This document shows positions 35,153 to 43,517 of a stretch of DNA of 64,000 nt, in pieces. The notes under the pieces were generated by a model. It worked only from the letters and a program-made list of their open reading frames with translations, searched no databases and was not told the origin of the DNA. Within the stretch, counting starts at the first letter, position 1. Each line of letters begins with the position of its first letter. The position numbers and the translations under genes are program-made. Source of the DNA: Candidatus Velthaea sp. (lineage in GTDB: Bacteria; Vulcanimicrobiota; Vulcanimicrobiia; Vulcanimicrobiales; Vulcanimicrobiaceae); NCBI GenBank assembly GCA_965214335.1, contig CBDCBO010000012.1, positions 88,759 to 152,758 of the forward strand, written 5' to 3'.

Positions 35153-35618
35153 TATCGCCTTCCGTTTCGGAGCAGTGGCAACCACCACCCACATTTCTAT
35201 TTTGTCCGCACCGGGGACACAAGCCCCGACACTCTGCGCTGCACACCAGGCCAAACGGGAGCGCGGCCGTCACGAGCTGCCGTACGAGATCGCCCACATC
35301 GAGGTCTGTCCCGCTTAAGACGTTATTGTCACCGAAGGGATCGCTTGACCCGCTCGGCGGATCGAACCGTTCGTCCACGACGACGTGTAGCGGAACGGTC
35401 ACCTCGTCCAAACAGCGGTCGCATTCGCCGGAAACCTCGCCGTCGATCGTTCCGTCGATCTGCAAGCCCCGTTCGACACGCCGTAGCTCGAGCATCACCT
35501 GAGCCGGTCGCGGGAACGTGAGCGCCGCAAACGGCGGAACCTCGACCGTATCGTCGAGCGAAATCGGTCGCCCTGCGTGCAGCAACGAGCCGATATCAAT
35601 GAGCAACGGAGAACCCAT
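35139..35618 (-). CDS. yceD: YceD/DUF177 family protein
   Basis: Contains CDRCLDEVTVPLHV and C-terminal CSAECRGLCPRCGQN. It sits upstream of and overlaps rpmF, as in the conserved yceD-rpmF pair. Confidence 0.75.
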   Translation of the reverse strand: MGSPLLIDIGSLLHAGRPISLDDTVEVPPFAALTFPRPAQVMLELRRVERGLQIDGTIDGEVSGECDRCLDEVTVPLHVVVDERFDPPSGSSDPFGDNNVLSGTDLDVGDLVRQLVTAALPFGLVCSAECRGLCPRCGQNRNVGGGCHCSETEGDNGKP

Positions 35619-35723
35619 ACCATAGAACGAGGCCCCCCGCGAGGAGAGACCCCATGCAAACCGTTCTATTGTAGACTCCGGCTCAAGGCTTGTCAACGCC
35701 GCCGGACGTCGCAGATATCCGGC

Positions 35724-36065
35724 ATGAATACAGTCACTCCCATCGGCCTCGGCGGTCCCGCCGCGCCGTTCGCTGCCGTTGCGGGTCCAACGCTGGCCGC
35801 AACCGACCCCGCGGCACTATCGATGACCGTGCCGACCCGCGACGATGCCATGGCGGATCTCTCGACTCTTTCCGGCACCGTCAACCTGCTCGCTGCGGCG
35901 GCGAACGGCGGCGGCGGCAGCAGCGCCGCATCCGAGCAACTCACTCTGCCGCCCTTGCCGCAGATGCCGGCCCCGAAAGCGCCCGCCGCGGTACCGACCG
36001 ATGATCACGGCGTTAGCAACGTCGTCTTTTCCGATGCCGATGTGAGCGGCGATTTGATCCACTAG
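35724..36065 (+). CDS. hypothetical Ala/Pro-rich small protein (P1)
   Basis: ATG 35724. 113 aa, Cys-free. First gene of a co-oriented three-gene set. Confidence 0.45.
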   Translation: MNTVTPIGLGGPAAPFAAVAGPTLAATDPAALSMTVPTRDDAMADLSTLSGTVNLLAAAANGGGGSSAASEQLTLPPLPQMPAPKAPAAVPTDDHGVSNVVFSDADVSGDLIH

Positions 36066-36130
36066 CGGCCGGCACCATCCAGCGTGACTCGTCTGCACGA
36101 TCTCCACCCTTTGCAAGACAGGAAGTACAT

Positions 36131-36499
36131 ATGAGCTTAGGTAGTATTCTGGCCGGTGCCACAACCGGCTTCTTGACGTCCGGCAGTCCGATCGGCGCCC
36201 TCATCGGCGGCGTTGCCGGCGCGGCCGGCGGCATGGGCGGAACCGGCAACGCGCTTAGCGCCGCCGGCAACGACGCGCTCGCCACCGGCGAAAACGCTTA
36301 TCTGGCAGCCAATGAGAAGCTTCAGCTGCAGCAATTGGCGTTTCAGTATTCCGAACAGCAGCAGGCTGATTCGTTCGATAACGTGACGTCCGAAAAATCG
36401 GAAATCATGCGCGAGTCAAACGAGCTGCGCAACGTCGCGATGGAGCAACGCAAAGCCGACAACGAGATCACTAAAGAATTCATCAAGTCGATCGCATGA
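36131..36499 (+). CDS. hypothetical small protein (P2): Gly-zipper-like N-terminus plus conserved C-terminal helix
   Basis: Starts MSLGSILAGATTGFLTSGSPIGALIGGVAGAAGGMGGTG.. and ends ..ELRNVAMEQRKADNEITKEFIKSIA. 122 aa. Confidence 0.55.
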   Translation: MSLGSILAGATTGFLTSGSPIGALIGGVAGAAGGMGGTGNALSAAGNDALATGENAYLAANEKLQLQQLAFQYSEQQQADSFDNVTSEKSEIMRESNELRNVAMEQRKADNEITKEFIKSIA

Positions 36500-36828
36500 T
36501 CGCTCCGCCGGCGCGCACCACGGCAGCTCGAGCGCCGGCTCCGGCTGCCAATGCGGACGCCCCGACGACGGATGCTGCGCCGGCGCCGGAAACGGGCGCG
36601 CCCGATCCCGGCGCGGCCGAGGCCGCGCTCGAAGCGCGTATCGCGGCGCTCGTCGCGCGCGCCTCGACTCCCGAGGACGAGGCGCTCGAACGCCAGCGCG
36701 AAGAATTCGACGTCATCACCCGCGAACAGGCCGAAACCGAGCGTGAGATCAACGCTCTGCGCGACATGGCCATGGAGCAAATGAAGCACGACGACGAAAT
36801 ACTTAAGAAGTGGATCGAGCTGATCTAA
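36496..36828 (+). CDS. hypothetical small protein (P3): Ala/Pro-rich N-terminus plus a C-terminal helix paralogous to P2
   Basis: ATGA overlap with P2. The C-terminus ..EINALRDMAMEQMKHDDEILKKWIELI aligns with the P2 C-terminus. Confidence 0.55.
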   Translation: MIAPPARTTAARAPAPAANADAPTTDAAPAPETGAPDPGAAEAALEARIAALVARASTPEDEALERQREEFDVITREQAETEREINALRDMAMEQMKHDDEILKKWIELI

Positions 36829-36897
36829 GCAAAAACTGTTGGATCGAACGCGCCGATAGCCGTCGGGTCGCAAACGACCCAGCGGCCCTGGGAGGCG

Positions 36898-36926
36898 TTG
36901 ACAAGTCCAGCGTGCGCGTCTAACAT
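36898..36926 (+). promoter_or_regulatory. sigma70-like promoter for tRNA-Ile
   Basis: TTGACA (36898-36903), then a 17-nt spacer, then TAACAT (36921-36926), about 30 nt upstream of the tRNA. Confidence 0.5.
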
Positions 36927-36958
36927 AAGGCGCTGTCGCGATCATGGCTGCGGCGCAA

Positions 36959-37035
36959 GGGCCATTAGCTCAGCTGGTTAGAGCGCATGCTTGATAAGCA
37001 TGAGGTCCCTGGTTCGAACCCAGGATGGCCCACCA
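36959..37035 (+). tRNA. tRNA-Ile (anticodon GAU), CCA encoded
   Basis: Sequence is GGGCCATTAGCTCAGCTGGTTAGAGCGCATGCTTGATAAGCATGAGGTCCCTGGTTCGAACCCAGGATGGCCCACCA. Confidence 0.9.
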
Positions 37036-37470
37036 TCGCCCGTCGATTCATACGATCGATGCGCAACTTCGTAGCTGCTCGTCGACCGGGCGAATCGGAC
37101 GTGGTCGAAACGCCGGACTACCCACCTGCCGGCATTCCGTGGGCTCGGCGCGTCGCCGTGACACCTAACGGAATCGCCGGTAAAAGTAGCCTCGAGCAAA
37201 ATCTTTAAGATCGAGCGAAACGGTTGTAGCGTCGAACCGCAGGGTAACGATTGGTGCCCGACGTCTATCGTGCGGCCGTTGTCGCCACTATTGTTTTAAC
37301 CGTAGGCGGCAGCTACGGACGTACTGCCCGTCCGTCCGCGAGCGGGCTATACCGGAATGGCGCGCTATCCGCTCACTGCGGGCCACTTCGGTATAACGAC
37401 GGATGCACCTAACCCGGCGGCGGCCCGGACTTGACGTACGCGGTACATGCGCAACCGCCGCGGCAGCCGG

Positions 37471-38100
37471 CTATTGGACCCCGCGCATTGCCTTCCAAAC
37501 GGCGTATAGCGGTGAGTTTGGACCAGGATTGAGATCGTCGAGTACCTGGGCGGCGACTTCCTGATCGATCTCGTCAAGTTTTTTAAGTTCCGCGTTCGCC
37601 ATTGCCATCGTGTTTCGAAAATCGTCACCTTTGGCGGCGCCCAAATGCTTTTGTAATTCGGCTATGCGGGCAGCAACTGCTTTGGTCCGTTCTTCCCGAA
37701 CCGGAGCCTCTTCGCGCCGGTATGATTTTGCAAACTCTTCTAACGCGGCAATCGAAAGGCCGGCTTTCGGCAGCACGTCTTCAACGCCGCCTTTGCGCAG
37801 TTGACGACGTATCGCTGTCCCACTCCCGCGCGGTGCACGATTGGGGATCGGTTCTAATACATCTTTGGCGACGAGCAGCTTGACGGTGCCCGGCTTGCCA
37901 AAGCGGCCCGGCGTTTGGCCTTGACGCTGAGCGATGTTCTTTTTCTTGTCGGTTAACTCAGAAAGCTTTGATTCGAGCATATCCTTCGTAACCGGGATCG
38001 GCTTCTTATTCGCTTCGGCCGCAAAAAGCTTCATCGCGAGGTCGTATGCAGTCTGAGTGACTTTGATTTTGTTCGGTATTTGACCATTGCTCACGGCCAT
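37471..38100 (-). CDS. hypothetical Lys-rich protein in a visibly lower-GC segment
   Basis: ATG 38100 is preceded by AGGAG 9 nt upstream. Product is MAVSNGQIPNKIKVTQTAYDLAMKLFAAEANKKPIP.. No family recognised. Confidence 0.55.
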   Translation of the reverse strand: MAVSNGQIPNKIKVTQTAYDLAMKLFAAEANKKPIPVTKDMLESKLSELTDKKKNIAQRQGQTPGRFGKPGTVKLLVAKDVLEPIPNRAPRGSGTAIRRQLRKGGVEDVLPKAGLSIAALEEFAKSYRREEAPVREERTKAVAARIAELQKHLGAAKGDDFRNTMAMANAELKKLDEIDQEVAAQVLDDLNPGPNSPLYAVWKAMRGVQ

Positions 38101-38474
38101 AGACAGCATCTCCTGAAAAGAGGTTTTTCGCATTCGTTGCTCAGCGCCAACGTCCGTGCGGCTTACCCAAGTTGAAATTGAACGCGTAGCGCTAGAATAA
38201 CCGGGCTATGAGCACGGTTCCTGCTTTGGAGCGTTAAGACCTCAAAAAGCGCACGACTCGTCTGCAAGAGATGCTACCTAAGATGTTGTGCTTCGTTCGG
38301 GTTGAATGCCGGACTCAGGCTCGCTAGTGTAAGCCGGGCCCAGATGCCTTTATGATTAGTTGTTACCAGTAGTGATGCGAGATCAAGCGGCCTTCGGAGC
38401 TATGGCTCAATCACGGCTGCGCTGCGGCGGCAACCGTTGCCTCATCGTACGCCCCGGAGTCGTTCAGTCGGCGG

Positions 38475-40562
38475 TTACCCGCCGTGCCGAACGTCAGCGA
38501 GGTTACGCGCCGCATCTATGTTGAGCACGCGCACGAGAAAAGCATACCGGTCGGCTACTTCGGCTATGACCTTCGCGGTCGGCTTACCGGCGCCGTGGCC
38601 GGCCTTCGATTCAATCCGGATTAAAACGGGAGCATCGCCCGCCTGGACTTCCTGCAACCGGGCGGCAAATTTGAAGCTGTGACCGGGGAACACCCGGTCG
38701 TCATGATCCGCGGTCGTCACGAGCGTCGGCGGATAGCAAACGCCGGACCGCAGATTGTGGAGTGGCGAATACGACAACAGCCATTCCAACTGTTCGGGAT
38801 CGTCGGAAGAACCGTAATCCGAAGCCCAAGCCCAGCCGATGGTGAACTTCTGGAAGCGTAACATATCCATAACGCCGACCGCGGGCAACGCCGCCCCAAA
38901 GAGGTCGGGGCGTTGCGTCATTACCGCTCCAACGAGCAAACCGCCGTTACTGCCACCCATCATCGCCAGCCTTGCCGGGCTCGTATACTCGTGTTCTATG
39001 AGATATTGGGCGGCGGCGATGAAGTCATCGAAGACATTTTGCTTACGTTCTCTTGTGCCCGCGAGGTGCCACTCTTCGCCGTACTCGCCGCCGCCGCGCA
39101 GGTTCGCAACGGCGTAAACGCCGCCCATCTCCAGCCAAACCAGCGTTGCCGGCGAAAACGACGGCGTTAACGAAATATCAAAGCCGCCGTAGCCGTACAA
39201 AATCGCCGGCGCGGAACCGTCGAAGATGACGCTGCGTTTGGCCGTGATGATCATCGGAACGCGCGTTCCATCTTTACTGCGATAGAAGACTTGTTCGCTC
39301 GCGTAGTCGAGTGGGTCGAAATCAACTTTTGGGATAAAGACCGGCGCCGTTTGGGCCGCAGCAAAGTCGTGCCGGTATACCGTTGACGGACTGGTATAGC
39401 TCGTGAAATTAAAGAACGTTTGCATGTGGGCGCGCTTACCGGAGAAACCGCCTGCCGTCCCCAGGCCGGGCAGCGGAATCTCGCCGACCCGCCCGCCCAA
39501 CTTGTCGAACACGCTGACAACCGAATGCGCATCGCGCAGATAGTGGGCGATGAACCGATCACCGAACATCGCCACGCCGTCGAGCGCATCATCCGACTGC
39601 GGCACGATTTCGTGTAGCCGGCGATCGCCTGACGAAATCGAGACGATTCGGCCGCGCGGCGCCTGACACGTCGTTTGGAAATAGAAACAGTCGGCGTCGT
39701 TACCGACATATTCGTATTTACCGTCGGCGTCGGCCAGCAACTCGATAACGATACTCGTTGCGGCGCAAAGGTCGGAGATGAAGACACGGTTCCGCGGCTC
39801 GGTCCCTTCGCTGACATAGATGATGAGCCAGCGCCCGTCTTCGGAAACCACCGGTGTGATATTCCAATCCTTATGGTCGGGGCGCTCGTAGATAAGTGTG
39901 TCGGCGCTTTGATCGGTGCCCAAGCGGTGAAAGTAGAGCTTATGGAAATAATTCGCGTCTTTGAATTGTGCATCGCCCGGAGCGTCGTAGCGGCTATAAT
40001 AAAAGCCGCTTCCGTCGGCCTGCCAAGCCGCACCGCAGAACTTGCTCCAGCGCAGCACGTCGGGCAGATCGAATCCCGTCGTTACGTCGCGTACATGCCA
40101 CTCTAACCAGTCCGAGCCCGAAGCCGAGAGCGCATACGCCACAAGCGAGCCATCATGGCTAAAGGCAACCTGCGATAGGGCAACGGTTCCGTCGGCGGAC
40201 AACAGGTTAGGGTCGATGAGGACGCGCGGCGGCGCGTCAAGCGCTGGTGCGACATAGAGCACGGATTGGTTTTGCAGTCCCGTATTCTTGTAAAAGGCGT
40301 AATTCGCGCCCTCGTGCGACGGCGTCGAACATCGCTCGTAATTCCAAACGTGCTCGAGACGTTCTCGAATCGCATCCCGACTTTCAACCGCGCCCAGGTA
40401 CGCTTCAGTAACGGCGTTCTGAGCCGCAATCCACGCCGTCGTCTGCGGCGCGTCGACATCCTCGAGCCAGCGAAATGGGTCGGCAATCTTACGTCCATGG
40501 TAGTCATCGACAACGGTGCCGTGCGGCGCTGCGGGATAGCTTGGAACGGCTCGAAGATCCAT
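38475..40562 (-). CDS. prolyl oligopeptidase (S9A)
   Basis: N-terminal DPFRWLED, a beta-propeller region, and a catalytic GGSNGGLLVG with downstream ..ADHDDRV.. and ..AGHGAG.. blocks. Confidence 0.85.
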   Translation of the reverse strand: MDLRAVPSYPAAPHGTVVDDYHGRKIADPFRWLEDVDAPQTTAWIAAQNAVTEAYLGAVESRDAIRERLEHVWNYERCSTPSHEGANYAFYKNTGLQNQSVLYVAPALDAPPRVLIDPNLLSADGTVALSQVAFSHDGSLVAYALSASGSDWLEWHVRDVTTGFDLPDVLRWSKFCGAAWQADGSGFYYSRYDAPGDAQFKDANYFHKLYFHRLGTDQSADTLIYERPDHKDWNITPVVSEDGRWLIIYVSEGTEPRNRVFISDLCAATSIVIELLADADGKYEYVGNDADCFYFQTTCQAPRGRIVSISSGDRRLHEIVPQSDDALDGVAMFGDRFIAHYLRDAHSVVSVFDKLGGRVGEIPLPGLGTAGGFSGKRAHMQTFFNFTSYTSPSTVYRHDFAAAQTAPVFIPKVDFDPLDYASEQVFYRSKDGTRVPMIITAKRSVIFDGSAPAILYGYGGFDISLTPSFSPATLVWLEMGGVYAVANLRGGGEYGEEWHLAGTRERKQNVFDDFIAAAQYLIEHEYTSPARLAMMGGSNGGLLVGAVMTQRPDLFGAALPAVGVMDMLRFQKFTIGWAWASDYGSSDDPEQLEWLLSYSPLHNLRSGVCYPPTLVTTADHDDRVFPGHSFKFAARLQEVQAGDAPVLIRIESKAGHGAGKPTAKVIAEVADRYAFLVRVLNIDAARNLADVRHGG

Positions 40563-40668
40563 CGGCGGCTGGCTTCTGCAGCGACACGCGCCGCTCCGGT
40601 CGGCCCTTGCCGGCGATCAAGCGACCAGGTGGGTTTCGGACTTGGCCCCGCCGAACAGCTTGGGCTGC

Positions 40669-40741
40669 GGGGACGTAGCTCAGTTGGTAGAGCGCCTGCT
40701 TTGCAAGCAGGATGTCAGGAGTTCGAATCTCCTCGTCTCCA
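40669..40741 (+). tRNA. tRNA-Ala (anticodon UGC)
   Basis: Sequence is GGGGACGTAGCTCAGTTGGTAGAGCGCCTGCTTTGCAAGCAGGATGTCAGGAGTTCGAATCTCCTCGTCTCCA. The G3:U70 identity pair is present. Confidence 0.9.
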
Positions 40742-41248
40742 CAAAAGCTATCGCTCGCACCGGGGTGCGTCCATCGGCATGCGGGCGCCAAGCGCGAGCG
40801 CAGATGTCGTGCCGTGCTCGTCCGCGAGACGCTGACGGAACGGACGGACTGTCGCAGCGCCGGTAAATGCGGCGCCGACGATAGGCGGGAAAGCCGAAAG
40901 TCGCCGGACGCGTCGCTCGCGTTGCTTTCGCCGTTCATTTTGGACGCATGCGCCTCGCGGCCGAGCCGATGTAGCGCAGCTAAGCCGCAGACGAGCAGTG
41001 TAGCCCGGCCACTAGAACCGTGTGATGCACGCGACCTTCTTCGACCCGCTCTCATGCGGTCCGAGATCGATAAGAACGCATAGCGCCCAATTCGCCTTGG
41101 CCCGTTAGCGCGGTATGCGCAAAAATGAACGCGGCAACGCCGCGCGCGCAATCACGCTGTACGCAAGATGGTGTACGGTCATACTCGCGAACGTCGCGCA
41201 GGCGAGGGAAAGCAACTCGCCGCTCAGGTGTCTACAGAAAGCCACACG

Positions 41249-42613
41249 ATGACTTTTCGTTCGCTCTACTTAGTGTTCGGCGCGTTAATCACTATCTGCG
41301 TTGCCGCTCCCGAATCTGCAACGGCTGTTAACGGATCGCTAGCGTACTATCGGCCCGCAAACGCTATATCGACCGCTCCGCCATATCGCGGAGTTCATGT
41401 TGTACCAAGAGACGCTCACAATGTCGTAGCGCTCCCCACTCCAGCGGGCTGCTCGTCGACCGGCTCACTCAGTTTCACCGGCGGCGGAACGGCCAACACG
41501 GCGGGCGGTTTCGCCGCCGGAATCATCGCAGGCGGTGAAAACAAGGCGTGTGATAACTACACGACCGTCGGTGACGGCGAGAAAAATGTTGTCGGCGGTG
41601 ATTCGGGCTCGTACAACGCCGGTATATTTACCGGGATCAGCAACGGCATCGAACTATCGGCCGGCGCAGTCATTGGAGGCGGTGAAAACAATCTCATAAG
41701 TGACCTGCCGCCCTATGGCAATTCAAATCTATCCGCCATAGCATCTGGTTTTGGCAACGTGATCGGCTCGCCCGACTCATTCATTGGATCGGGCCAAGCC
41801 AACACCATCGTCCCGCCGTCACTGAAGCTACCACACGGGATGTCGCCAAGCGCCTTCATCGGTGCGGGCTTTCGGAATGCGATCACGTCAGACTATGCCG
41901 TGGTCGCCGGCGGTTTCGAAAATTCGGTGACCGGCGAATTTGCGACGATCGGCGGTGGGCACAATAACAGCGCAGGCGGTCTAACGGCAACGGTGGCGGG
42001 CGGCTACGAGAATGTGGCCAGCGGACAGAATGCCGAGATTCCCGGCGGCGCCTACAACGTCGCCGGCGGCCGCAACAGCTTCGCCGCCGGAAACCGTTCC
42101 CTCGCAGCGAATGACGGCTCGTTTGTGTGGAGTGATTTTTCAACAAGCGCGACAACGTTATCGTCGAACGCGTCCAATCAATTCTTGGCACGTTCGGCGG
42201 GCGGTTTCTTCTTGTTTTCTTCAGCGAACCTTTCCACCGGCGTGATGCTTGCACCGGGCTCCGGCTCATGGTCGAACGTCAGCGATCGCAACGTCAAAAC
42301 GGACATTTCGCAAGTCGACCCGGAATCGATTTTAGCCCGAGTCGCGACCCTTCCGGTAACCGAATGGTCGTATCGCGCGGAGGATCGCCGCGTCCGCCAT
42401 GTCGGGCCAATGGCGCAGGATTTTTATAGTGCATTTGGCGTCGGCGAAGATAATCGACATATTACGACGATCGACGAAGACGGAGTGGCCCTCGCTGCAA
42501 TCAAGGCTCTCAACGCCAAAAACAGCGCACTCGAAGCCGAACTGCAGCGGCTTGCGGCTCGCGACGCCAAGCTGGAAGCCACCGTTGCGGCTTTACTGGC
42601 CCGTGCCAACTGA
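41249..42613 (+). CDS. tail-fibre-like protein: Gly/Asn-rich head repeats plus a C-terminal peptidase S74 intramolecular-chaperone domain
   Basis: Signal MTFRSLYLVFGALITICVAAPESATA. Repeats of the type GGxNNxASG. C-terminus SDRNVKTDISQVDPESILARVATLPVTEWSYR..HVGPMAQDFYSAFGVGED..ID..DGVALAAIKAL followed by a coiled coil. Confidence 0.8.
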   Translation: MTFRSLYLVFGALITICVAAPESATAVNGSLAYYRPANAISTAPPYRGVHVVPRDAHNVVALPTPAGCSSTGSLSFTGGGTANTAGGFAAGIIAGGENKACDNYTTVGDGEKNVVGGDSGSYNAGIFTGISNGIELSAGAVIGGGENNLISDLPPYGNSNLSAIASGFGNVIGSPDSFIGSGQANTIVPPSLKLPHGMSPSAFIGAGFRNAITSDYAVVAGGFENSVTGEFATIGGGHNNSAGGLTATVAGGYENVASGQNAEIPGGAYNVAGGRNSFAAGNRSLAANDGSFVWSDFSTSATTLSSNASNQFLARSAGGFFLFSSANLSTGVMLAPGSGSWSNVSDRNVKTDISQVDPESILARVATLPVTEWSYRAEDRRVRHVGPMAQDFYSAFGVGEDNRHITTIDEDGVALAAIKALNAKNSALEAELQRLAARDAKLEATVAALLARAN

Positions 42614-42735
42614 GTAGCCTGCGCAGCTGCAGGCAGCGACGGAGATCACCGCGATCGTCGAGCGTTAAGGTTAGGTAATCGAGAGCCGCGCGGTCCGCGC
42701 GTGACGGCTTAACACCGCCACCTTGCGAAAAACAT

Positions 42736-42775
42736 GCAGGTCCGGCTTAAGCGCCCGACCTGCTTCTGTTTTTCT
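42736..42775 (+). terminator. rho-independent terminator after the tail-fibre-like gene
   Basis: GCAGGTC..(loop)..GACCTGC is followed by TTCTGTTTTT. Confidence 0.6.
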
Positions 42776-42982
42776 CGGACGCGGGGCCGGGCGGAAATTG
42801 GTTCGCGCTGCGCATCACGTTCGCCGCTGCTTCGTACGACTCAAGTGTACGACTGTCCGTTCCGGACTCCGCCGCGCAGGCGCATCATCGAAGCGGACAT
42901 CGCATTCCTGGCGCACGCCGTCAAGGCGTCGGATGCTTCATCGAAAGCCTTCGCCGGGCATAGCGTCCGCAAAGGAGTCGTC

Positions 42983-43384
42983 ATGCACCCATTCGCACGT
43001 ATTCTCGAACGAACGCACAGCCGGTACTTGGTGCGTCGCGCGGCGCCGCATCCGATAGCCGCGGCCAACATACGCAAAGGTCCGGCGACAGCTGCCGACG
43101 CCGTCGCAGCGCAGTCGCATCAGCCGCATCTTCGCACGCCGCACTCGTGGCAACTTTGCGAGGGTGCGCCATGCGATGCGCAGGCGCTGCAGCAGCGGAC
43201 GGCTCGCCGGGCCCGCTGGAAGCAGTGCGTGGGCGCGACGCTGGTCGTCGCCTATGCGTTGCTCGTAGCCGACTGGACTCCGTTGCAATCGCCACTGCTG
43301 CTATTGCTGCTCGTTCCGCTACCGGCGCTCGTTGACGCACTGCCGGCGCAGCTTCGAGTTGACGGCCAAGATAGCCCTTACTAA
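42983..43384 (+). CDS. hypothetical protein with a C-terminal hydrophobic segment
   Basis: Internal ATG 42983 has AGGAG 7 nt upstream. The upstream part of the track ORF overlaps the terminator. Weak coding evidence. Confidence 0.35.
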   Translation: MHPFARILERTHSRYLVRRAAPHPIAAANIRKGPATAADAVAAQSHQPHLRTPHSWQLCEGAPCDAQALQQRTARRARWKQCVGATLVVAYALLVADWTPLQSPLLLLLLVPLPALVDALPAQLRVDGQDSPY

Positions 43385-43517
43385 CCTAGCCAAATGTTGG
43401 GCTGCTAATTCAATGCAGCCGGAGCGCCGTCACTAAACCGAAATCGCATAAGTCAAAGGTCCTATACTTGTTTTAGTCCACGAGGAAGCGTAGACACCGA
43501 GCCTTAACGCGCGCTTA

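Noticed and set aside
38134-38474. Search for a direct repeat of the tRNA-Ile 3' end (att site) bounding the low-GC segment
   Set aside because: By eye I found only a weak resemblance (gttcgggttgaatgcc versus ggttcgaacccagg). There is no convincing repeat and no integrase.
41080-41248. Possible c-di-GMP (GEMM-I-like) riboswitch upstream of the tail-fibre-like gene, because of GCGCAAAA and ACGCAAG elements
   Set aside because: Only two short motif-like strings are present. I could not build the paired P1/P2 helices or a tetraloop-receptor arrangement. A covariance-model scan (Rfam RF01051) would be needed.
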